A stretch of 64,000 nt of DNA, taken from the NCBI GenBank assembly GCA_964016885.1, contig OZ024741.1, positions 249,550,001-249,614,000 on the forward strand, in the 5' to 3' direction. Position 1 is the first letter of the stretch, and the number at the start of each line of letters is the position of its first letter. This stretch comes from Eledone cirrhosa. Its lineage: Eukaryota. Positions 1 through 9,900 of this stretch are shown here, one piece after another. Made by a program: the position numbers and the translations under genes. The notes under the pieces were generated by a model that had not been told where the DNA came from, searched no databases, and saw only the letters and a list, made by a program, of their open reading frames with translations.

Positions 1-290
1 TTCCAGCCGTCCAAGGGGAGGTAATATCTAGCCATCCAAGGGGAGATAATTTCCAGCCGTCCAAGGGGAGATAATATCCAGCCGTCCAAGGAGACATATT
101 TTCCAGCCGTCCAAGGAGAGGTAATTTCTAGCCGTCCAAGGGGAGATAAGTTCCAGCCTCCAAGGGGAGATAATTTCCAGCCAGCCAAGGGGAGATAATT
201 TGTAAAAAAATCAGGGGGGAGATAATTTGTAAAAAAAATCAGGGGGAGATAATTTGAAAAAAAAATCAGGGGGAGATAATTTGTAAAAAA

Positions 291-482
291 TATCAAGGGG
301 AGATAATTTCCAGCCCTCCAAGGGGCTATAATTTCCAGCCGTGCAAGGGGAGATAATTTCCAGCCGTCCAAGGGGAGATAATTTCCATCCTTCCAAGGGG
401 AGATAATTTCCAGCCGTCCAAGGGGAGATAATTTCCCGCCAGCCAAGGGAAGATAATTTTTTTAAAAATCAGGCGGAGATTG
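291..482 (+). repeat. Block W: rare 6-mer A variant (GGGGCTATA, GTGCAAGG, GGGAAGATA, followed by a 4-bp-deleted head GGAGATTGT)
   Basis: GGGGCTATA is seen at ~322, 3082, 11414, 14176, 46385, 48355, 53539 and 55411. Confidence 0.9.
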
Positions 483-491
483 TAAAAAAAA

Positions 492-680
492 TCAGGGGGA
501 GATAATTTGTAAAAAAATCAGGGGGAGATAATTTGTAAAAAAAAATCAGGGGGAGATAATTTGTAAAAAAAATCAGGGGGAGATAATTTGTAAAAAAAAT
601 CAGGGGTAGATAATTTGTAAAAAAAATCAGGGGGAGATAATTTGTAAAAAAAATCAGGGGGAGATAATTTGTAAAAAAAA
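492..680 (+). repeat. Monomer B consensus, 26-29 bp: TCAGGGGGAGATAATTTGT(A)7-10 (exemplar run)
   Basis: Read directly. The A8 form is 27 bp and gives the 9-aa NYLPLIFFT repeat in the ORF track. GGGGTAG and GGCGGAG are common head variants. Confidence 0.98.
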
Positions 681-1388
681 TCAGGGGTAGATAATTTTCA
701 GCCGTCCAAGGGGAGATAATTTCCATCCTTCCAAGGGGAGATAATTTCCAGCCGTCCAAGGGGAGATAATTTCCCGCCAGCCAAGGAGAGATAACATTTA
801 AAAAAATCAGGCGGAGATAATTTGTAAAAAAATCAGGGGGAGATAATTTGTAAAAAAAATCAGGGGTAGATAATTTCCAGCCGTCCAAGGGGAGATAATT
901 TCCATCCTTCCAAGGGGAGATAATTTCCAGCCGTCCAAGGGGAGATAATTTCCCGCCAGCCAAGGAGAGATAATATTTAAAAAAATCAGGCGGAGATAAT
1001 TTGTAAAAAAAATCAGGGGGAGATAATTTGTAAAAAAAAATCAGGGGGAGATAATTTGTAAAAAAAAATCAGGGGGAGATAATTTGTAAAAAAAATCAAG
1101 GGGAGATAATTTGTAAAAAAAAATCAGGGGTAGATAATTTGTAAAAAAAAATCAGGGGGAGATAATTTGTAAAAAAAAAATCAAGGGGAGATAATTTCCA
1201 GCCGTCCAAGGGGAGATAATTTTCAGCCGTCCAAGGAGAGGTAATTTCTAGCCGTCCAAGGGGAGATAATTTCCAGCCAGCCAAGGGGAGATAATTTGTA
1301 AAAAAATCAGGGGTAGATAATTTGTAAAAAAAAATCAGGGGGAGATAATTTGTAAAAAAAATCAGGGGGAGATAATTTGTAAAAAAAA

Positions 1389-1720
1389 TCAGGGGTAGAT
1401 AATTTCCAGCCGTCCAAGGGGAGATAATTTCCATCCTTCCAAGGGGAGATAATTTCCAGCCGTCCAAGGGGAGATAATTTCCCGCCAGCCAAGGAGAGAT
1501 AACATTTAAAAAAATCAGGCGGAGATAATTTGTAAAAAAAATCAGGGGGAGATAATTTGTAAAAAAATCAGGGGGAGATAATTTGTAAAAAAAATCAGGG
1601 GTAGATAATTTCCAGCCGTCCAAGGGGAGATAATTTCCATCCTTCCAAGGGGAGATAATTTCCAGCCGTCCAAGGGGAGATAATTTCCCGCCAGCCAAGG
1701 AGAGATAATATTTAAAAAAA
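1389..1720 (+). repeat. Block Y doublet: two 4-mer A blocks (CCATCCTT ... CCCGCCAG) 206 bp or 179 bp apart; the first exits through TAACATTT and the last through TAATATTT
   Basis: ORF ends 1492/1698 are 206 bp apart and 6971/7150 are 179 bp apart. Triplets occur at ~6660-7170, ~17785-18290 and ~21185-21690. Confidence 0.93.
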
Positions 1721-2175
1721 TCAGGCGGAGATAATTTGTAAAAAAAATCAGGGGGAGATAATTTGTAAAAAAATCAGGGGGAGATAATTTGTAAAAAAAA
1801 ATCAGGGGAGATAATTTGTAAAAAAAATCAGGGGGAGATAATTTGTAAAAAAAAATCAGGGGTAGATAATTTGTAAAAAAAAATCAGGGGGAGATAATTT
1901 GTAAAAAAAAAATCAGGGGGAGATAATTTGTAAAAAAATCAAGGGGAGATAATTTCCAGCCGTCCAAAGGGAGATAATTTTCAGCCGTCCAAGGAGGTAA
2001 TTTCTAGCCGTCCAAGGGGAGATAATTTCCAGCCGTCCAAGGGGAGATAATTTTTTTAAAAAAATCAGGCGGAGATAATTTGTAAACAAAAATCAGGGGG
2101 AGATAATTTGTAAAAAAAAATCAGGGGGAGATAATTTGTAAAAAAAAATCAGGGGGAGATAATTTGTAAAAAAAA

Positions 2176-2400
2176 TCAAGGGGAGATAATTTCCAGCCGT
2201 CCAAGGGGAGGTAATATCTAGCCATCCAAGGGGAGATAATTTCCAGCCGTCCAAGGGGAGATAATTTCCAGCCGTCCAAGGGGAGATAATATCCAGCCGT
2301 CCAAGGAGACATATTTTCCAGCCGTCCAAGGAGACGTAATTTCTAGCCGTCCAAGGGGAGATAAGTTCCAGCCTCCAAGGGGAGATAATTTCCAGCCAGC
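2176..2400 (+). repeat. Block X: 9-mer of diverged A monomers with a fixed order of variants (GGAGGTAATATCTAGCCAT, AATATCC, GAGACATATTTTCC, GAGAGGTAATTTCTA or GAGACGTAATTTCTA, AAGTTCCAGCCT, CCAGCCAG)
   Basis: The same ordered variants recur dozens of times and give the 78/63/61-aa ORF triplets. 8-mer forms occur at ~2773 and ~11089, and 7-mer forms at ~31690, ~36715 and ~62743. Confidence 0.95.
2226..2275 (+). repeat. Monomer A consensus, 25 bp: CCAAGGGGAGATAATTTCCAGCCGT (two exemplar copies)
   Basis: Read directly. It occurs mostly in runs of 4-9 copies throughout the window and contains CCAAGG (a StyI site, CCWWGG) and one CpG. Confidence 0.98.
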
Positions 2401-3879
2401 CAAGGGGAGATAATTTGTAAAAAAATTAGGGGGAGATAATTTGTAAAAAAAAATTAGGGGGAGATAATTTGTAAAAAAAAATCAGGGGGAGATAATTTGT
2501 AAAAAAAAATCAGGGGGAGATAATTTGTAAAAAAAATCAAGGGGAGATAATTTCCAGCCGTCCAAGGGGAGATAATTTTCAGCCGTCCAAGGAGAGGTAA
2601 ATTCTAGCCGTCCAAGGAGATATAATTTCCAGCCGTCCAAGGGGAGATAATTTCCAGCCGTCCAAGGGGAGATAATTTTTTAAAAAAAATCAGGCGGAGA
2701 TAATTTGTAAACAAAAATCAGGGGGAGATAATTTTTTTAAAAAAATCAGGGGGAGATAATTTGTAAAAAAAATCAAGGGGAGATAATTTCCAGCCGTCCA
2801 AGGGGAGGTAATATCTAGCCATCCAAGGGGAGATAATTTCCAGCCGTCCAAGGGGAGATAATATCCAGCCGTCCAAGGAGACATATTTTCCAGCCGTCCA
2901 AGGAGAGGTAATTTCTAGCCGTCCAAGGGGAGATAAGTTCCAGCCTCCAAGGGGAGATAATTTCCAGCCAGCCAAGGGGAGATAATTTGTAAAAAAATCA
3001 GGGGGGAGATAATTTGTAAAAAAAATCAGGGGGAGATAATTTGTAAAAAATATCAAGGGGAGATAATTTCCAGCCCTCCAAGGGGCTATAATTTCCAGCC
3101 GTGCAAGGGGAGATAATTTCCAGCCGTCCAAGGGGAGATAATTTCCATCCTTCCAAGGGGAGATAATTTCCAGCCGTCCAAGGGGAGATAATTTCCCGCC
3201 AGCCAAGGGAAGATAATTTTTTTAAAAATCAGTCGGAGATTGTAAAAAAAATCAGGGGGAGATAATTTGTAAAAAAATCAGGGGGAGATAATTTGTAAGA
3301 AAAAAATCAGGGGGAGATAATTTGTAAAAAAAAATCAGGGGGAGATAATTTGTAAAAAAAATCAGGGGGAGATAATTTGTAAAAAAAATCAGGGGTAGAT
3401 AATTTGTAAAAAAAATCAGGGGGAGATAATTTGTAAAAAAAATCAGGGGGAGATAATTTGTAAAAAAAATCAGGGGTAGATAATTTTCAGCCGTCCAAGG
3501 GGAGATAATTTCCATCCTTCCAAGGGGAGATAATTTCCAGCCGTCCAAGGGGAGATAATTTCCCGCCAGCCAAGGAGAGATAACATTTAAAAAAATCAGG
3601 CGGAGATAATTTGTAAAAAAATCAGGGGGAGATAATTTGTAAAAAAATCAGGGGTAGATAATTTCCAGCCGTCCAAGGGGAGATAATTTCCATCCTTCCA
3701 AGGGGAGATAATTTCCAGCCGTCCAAGGGGAGATAATTTCCCGCCAGCCAAGGAGAGATAATATTTAAAAAAATCAGGCGGAGATAATTTGTAAAAAAAA
3801 TCAGGGGGAGATAATTTGTAAAAAAAAATCAGGGGGAGATAATTTGTAAAAAAAAATCAGGGGGAGATAATTTGTAAAA

Positions 3880-6800
3880 AAAATCAAGGGGAGATAATTT
3901 GTAAAAAAAAATCAGGGGTAGATAATTTGTAAAAAAAAATCAGGGGGAGATAATTTGTAAAAAAAAAATCAAGGGGAGATAATTTCCAGCCGTCCAAGGG
4001 GAGATAATTTTCAGCCGTCCAAGGAGAGGTAATTTCTAGCCGTCCAAGGGGAGATAATTTCCAGCCAGCCAAGGGGAGATAATTTGTAAAAAAATCAGGG
4101 GTAGATAATTTGTAAAAAAAAATCAGGGGGAGATAATTTGTAAAAAAAATCAGGGGGAGATAATTTGTAAAAAAAATCAGGGGTAGATAATTTCCAGCCG
4201 TCCAAGGGGAGATAATTTCCATCCTTCCAAGGGGAGATAATTTCCAGCCGTCCAAGGGGAGATAATTTCCCGCCAGCCAAGGAGAGATAACATTTAAAAA
4301 AATCAGGCGGAGATAATTTGTAAAAAAAATCAGGGGGAGATAATTTGTAAAAAAATCAGGGGGAGATAATTTGTAAAAAAAATCAGGGGTAGATAATTTC
4401 CAGCCGTCCAAGGGGAGATAATTTCCATCCTTCCAAGGGGAGATAATTTCCAGCCGTCCAAGGGGAGATAATTTCCCGCCAGCCAAGGAGAGATAATATT
4501 TAAAAAAATCAGGCGGAGATAATTTGTAAAAAAAATCAGGGGGAGATAATTTGTAAAAAAATCAGGGGGAGATAATTTGTAAAAAAAAATCAGGGGAGAT
4601 AATTTGTAAAAAAAATCAGGGGGAGATAATTTGTAAAAAAAAATCAGGGGTAGATAATTTGTAAAAAAAAATCAGGGGGAGATAATTTGTAAAAAAAAAA
4701 TCAGGGGGAGATAATTTGTAAAAAAATCAAGGGGAGATAATTTCCAGCCGTCCAAAGGGAGATAATTTTCAGCCGTCCAAGGAGGTAATTTCTAGCCGTC
4801 CAAGGGGAGATAATTTCCAGCCGTCCAAGGGGAGATAATTTTTTTAAAAAAATCAGGCGGAGATAATTTGTAAACAAAAATCAGGGGGAGATAATTTGTA
4901 AAAAAAAATCAGGGGGAGATAATTTGTAAAAAAAATCAGGGGGAGATAATTTGTAAAAAAAATCAAGGGGAGATAATTTCCAGCCGTCCAAGGGGAGGTA
5001 ATATCTAGCCATCCAAGGGGAGATAATTTCCAGCCGTCCAAGGGGAGATAATTTCCAGCCGTCCAAGGGGAGATAATATCCAGCCGTCCAAGGAGACATA
5101 TTTTCCAGCCGTCCAAGGAGAGGTAATTTCTAGCCGTCCAAGGGGAGATAAGTTCCAGCCTCCAAGGGGAGATAATTTCCAGCCAGCCAAGGGGAGATAA
5201 TTTGTAAAAAAATCAGGGGGAGATAATTTGTAAAAAAAAAATCAGGGGGAGATAATTTGTAAAAAAATCAGGGGGAGATAATTTGTAAAAAAAAAATCAG
5301 GGGGAGATAATTTGTAAAAAAAATCAGGGGGAGATAATTTGTAAAAAAAATCAGGGGTAGATAATTTGTAAAAAAAATCAGGGGGAGATAATTTGTAAAA
5401 AAAATCAGGGGGAGATAATTTGTAAAAAAAATCAGGGGTAGATAATTTTCAGCCCTCCAAGGGGAGATAATTTCCATCCTTCCAAGGGGAGATAATTTCC
5501 AGCCGTCCAAGGGGAGATAATTTCCCGCCAGCCAAGGAGAGATAACATTTAAAAAAATCAGGCGGAGATAATTTGTAAAAAAAATCAGGGGGAGATAATT
5601 TGTAAAAAAATCAGGGGGAGATAATTTGTAAAAAAAATCAGGGGTAGATAATTTCCAGCCGTCCAAGGGGAGATAATTTCCATCCTTCCAAGGGGAGATA
5701 ATTTCCAGCCGTCCAAGGGGAGATAATTTCCCGCCAGCCAAGGAGAGATAATATTTAAAAAAATCAGGCGGAGATAATTTGTAAAAAAAAATCAGGGGGA
5801 GATAATTTGTAAAAAAATCAGGGGGAGATAATTTGTAAAAAAAAATCAGGGGGAGATAATTTGTAAAAAAAATCAGGGGGAGATAATTTGTAAAAAAAAA
5901 TCAGGGGTAGATAATTTGTAAAAAAAAATCAGGGGGAGATAATTTGTAAAAAAAAATCAGGGGGAGATAATTTGTAAAAAAATCAAGGGGAGATAATTTC
6001 CAGCCGTCCAAGGGGAGATAATTTTCAGCCGTCCAAGGAGAGGTAATTTCTAGCCGTCCAAGGGGAGATAATTTCCAGCCGTCCATTGGGAGATAATTTT
6101 TTTTAAAAAATCAGGCGGAGATAATTTGTAAACAAAAATCAGGGGGAGATAATTTGTAAAAAAAAATCAGGGGGAGATAATTTGTAAAAAAAAATCAGGG
6201 GGAGATAATTTGTAAAAAAAATCAAGGGGAGATAATTTCCAGCCGTCCAAGGGGAGGTAATATCTAGCCATCCAAGGGGAGATAATTTCCAGCCGTCCAA
6301 GGGGAGATAATTTCCAGCCGTCCAAGGGGAGATAATATCCAGCCGTCCAAGGAGACATATTTTCCAGCCGTCCAAGGAGAGGTAATTTCTAGCCGTCCAA
6401 GGGGAGATAAGTTCCAGCCTCCAAGGGGAGATAATTTCCAGCCAGCCAAGGGGAGATAATTTGTAAAAAAATCAGGGGGAGATAATTTGTAAAAAAAAAT
6501 CAGGGGGAGATAATTTGTAAAAAAATCAGGGGGAGATAATTTGTAAAAAAAAATCAGGGGGAGATAATTTGTAAAAAAAATCAGGGGGAGATAATTTGTA
6601 AAAAAAATCAGGGGTAGATAATTTGTAAAAAAAATCAGGGGGAGATAATTTGTAAAAAAAATCAGGGGCAGATAATTTTCAGCCGTCCAAGGGGAGATAA
6701 TTTCCATCCTTCCAAGGGGAGATAATTTCCAGCCGTCCAAGGGGAGATAATTTCCCGCCAGCCAAGGAGAGATAACATTTAAAAAAATCAGGCGGAGATA

Positions 6801-9800
6801 ATTTGTAAAAAAAATCAGGGGGAGATAATTTGTAAAAAAATCAGGGGGAGATAATTTGTAAAAAAAATCAGGGGTAGATAATTTCCAGCCGTCCAAGCGG
6901 AGATAATTTCCATCCTTCCAAGGGGAGATAATTTCCAGCCGTCCAAGGGGATATAATTTCCCGCCAGCCAAGGAGAGATAACATTTAAAAAAATCAGGCG
7001 GAGATAATTTGTAAAAAAATCAGGGGGAGATAATTTGTAAAAAAAATCAGGGGTAGATAATTTCCAGCCGTCCAAGGGGAGATAATTTCCATCCTTCCAA
7101 GGGGAGATAATTTCCAGCCGTCCAAGGGGAGATAATTTCCCGCCAGCCAAGGAGAGATAATATTTAAAAAAATCAGGCGGAGATAATTTGTAAAAAAAAT
7201 CAGGGGGAGATAATTTGTAAAAAAAAATCAGGGGGAGATAATTTGTAAAAAAAAATCAGGGGGAGATAATTTGTAAAAAAAATCAAGGGAAGATAATTTG
7301 TAAAAAAAAATCAGGGGTAGATAATTTGTAAAAAAAAATCAGGGGGAGATAATTTGTAAAAAAAAAATCAGGGGGAGATAATTTGTAAAAAAATCAAGGG
7401 GAGATAATTTCCAGCCATCCAAGGGGAGATAATTTTCAGCCGTCCAAGGAGAGGTAATTTCTAGCCGTCCAAGGGGAGATAATTTCCAGCCAGCCAAGGG
7501 GAGATAATTTGTAAAAAAATCAGGGGTAGATAATTTGTAAAAAAAAATCAGGGGGAGATAATTTGTAAAAAAAATCAGGGGGAGATAATTTGTAAAAAAA
7601 ATCAGGGGTAGATAATTTCCAGCCGTCCAAGGGGAGATAATTTCCATCCTTCCAAGGGGAGATAATTTCCAGCCGTCCAAGGGGAGATAATTTCCCGCCA
7701 GCCAAGGAGAGATAACATTTAAAAAAATCAGGCGGAGATAATTTGTAAAAAAAATCAGAGGGAGATAATTTGTAAAAAAATCAGGGGGAGATAATTTGTA
7801 AAAAAAATCAGGGGTAGATAATTTCCAGCCGTCCAAGGGGAGATAATTTCCATCCTTCCAAGGGGAGATAATTTCCAGCCGTCCAAGGGGAGATAATTTC
7901 CCGCCAGCCAAGGAGAGATAATATTTAAAAAAATCAGGCGGAGATAATTTGTAAAAAAAATCAGGGGGAGATAATTTGTAAAAAAATCAGGGGGAGATAA
8001 TTTGTAAAAAAAAATCAGGGGAGATAATTTGTAAAAAAAATCAGGGGGAGATAATTTGTAAAAAAAAATCAGGGGTAGATAATTTGTAAAAAAAAATCAG
8101 GGGGAGATAATTTGTAAAAAAAAAATCAGGGGGAGATAATTTGTAAAAAAATCAAGGGGAGATAATTTCCAGCCGTCCAAAGGGAGATAATTTTCAGCCG
8201 TCCAAGGAGGTAATTTCTAGCCGTCCAAGGGGAGATAATTTCCAGCCGTCCAAGGGGAGATAATTTTTTTAAAAAAATCAGGCGGACATAATTTGTAAAC
8301 AAAAATCAGGGGGAGATAATTTGTAAAAAAAAATCAGGGGGAGATAATTTGTAAAAAAAAATCAGGGGGAGATAATTTGTAAAAAAAATCAAGGGGAGAT
8401 AATTTCCAGCCGTCCAAGGGGAGGTAATATCTAGCCATCCAAGGGGAGATAATTTCCAGCCGTCCAAGGGGAGATAATTTCCAGCCGTCCAAGGGGAGAT
8501 AATATCCAGCCGTCCAAGGAGACATATTTTCCAGCCGTCCAAGGAGAGGTAATTTCTAGCCGTCCAAGGGGAGATAAGTTCCAGCCTCCAAGGGGAGATA
8601 ATTTCCAGCCAGCCAAGGGGAGATAATTTGTAAAAAAATCAGGGGGAGATAATTTGTAAAATAAAAATCAGGGGGAGATAATTTGTAAAAAAATCAGGGG
8701 GAGATAATTTGTAAAAAAAAAATCAGGGGGAGATAATTTGTAAAAAAAATCAGGGGGAGATAATTTGTAAAAAAAATCAGGGGTAGATAATTTGTAAAAA
8801 AAATCAGGGGGAGATAATTTGTAAAAAAAATCAGGGGGAGATAATTTGTAAAAAAAATCAGGGGTAGATAATTTTCAGCCCTCCAAGGGGAGATAATTTC
8901 CATCCTTCCAAGGGGAGATAATTTCCAGCCGTCCAAGGGGAGATAATTTCCCGCCAGCCAAGGAGAGATAACATTTAAAAAAATCAGGCGGAGATAATTT
9001 GTAAAAAAAATCAGGGGGAGATAATTTGTAAAAAAATCAGGGGGAGATAATTTGTAAAAAAAATCAGGGGTAGATAATTTCCAGCCGTCCAAGGGGAGAT
9101 AATTTCCATCCTTCCAAGGGGAGATAATTTCCAGCCGTCCAAGGGGAGATAATTTCCCGCCAGCCAAGGAGAGATAATATTTAAAAAAATCAGGCGGAGA
9201 TAATTTGTAAAAAAAATCAGGGGGAGATAATTTGTAAAAAAATCAGGGGGAGATAATTTGTAAAAAAAAATCAGGGGGAGATAATTTGTGAAAAAAATCA
9301 GGGGGAGATAATTTGTAAAAAAAAATCAGGGGTAGATAATTTGTAAAAAAAAATCAGGGGGAGATAATTTGTAAAAAAAAATCAGGGGGAGATAATTTGT
9401 AAAAAAATCAAGGGGAGATAATTTCCAGCCGTCCAAGGGGAGATAATTTTCAGCCGTCCAAGGAGAGGTAATTTCTAGCCGTCCAAGGGGAGATAATTTC
9501 CAGCCGTCCAAGGGGAGATAATTTTTTTAAAAAAATCAGGCGGAGATAATTTGTAAACAAAAATCAGGGGGAGATAATTTGTAAAAAAAAATCAGGGGGA
9601 GATAATTTGTAAAAAAAAATCAGGGGGAGATAATTTGTAAAAAAAATCAAGGGGAGATAATTTCCAGCCGTCCAAGGGGAGGTAATATCTAGCCATCCAA
9701 GGGGAGATAATTTCCAGCCGTCCAAGGGGAGATAATTTCCAGCCGTCCAAGGGGAGATAATATCCAGCCGTCCAAGGAGACATATTTTCCAGCCGTCCAA

Positions 9801-9900
9801 GGAGAGGTAATTTCTAGCCGTCCAAGGGGAGATAAGTTCCAGCCTCCAAGGGGAGATAATTTCCAGCCAGCCAAGGGGAGATAATTTGTAAAAAAATCAG
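3880..9900 (+). repeat. Duplication, offset 3425-3426 bp
   Basis: ORF offsets 4095->7520, 5005->8431, 5268->8694, 5901->9326 and 6139->9564. The copies share the TTTTCAGCCCTCC variant. Confidence 0.85.
8389..9646 (+). repeat. Exemplar higher-order repeat unit, 1258 bp, 48 monomers: X(A9)-B9-Y1(A4)-B4-Y2(A4)-B9-Z(A4)-B5
   Basis: Monomers were counted by eye between successive X-block starts (8389 and 9647). The ORF offset 8306->9564 is 1258. Related periods are 1228 (40511->41739, 44088->45316), 1286 (4881->6167) and 1205 (22855->24060). Confidence 0.9.

Larger units (their letters stand above)
1..5190 (+). repeat. Tandem duplication, period ~2.76-2.79 kb
   Basis: Identical 200-aa ORFs at 1096 and 3884 (offset 2788). 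W blocks lie at 322 and 3082 (offset 2760). Confidence 0.85.

Noticed and set aside
2050-2065. Rho-independent terminator or promoter elements (TnAn palindrome, GATAAT -10-like hexamer, GGAG Shine-Dalgarno-like)
   Set aside because: There is no GC stem and no associated gene. The motifs are incidental parts of the monomer.
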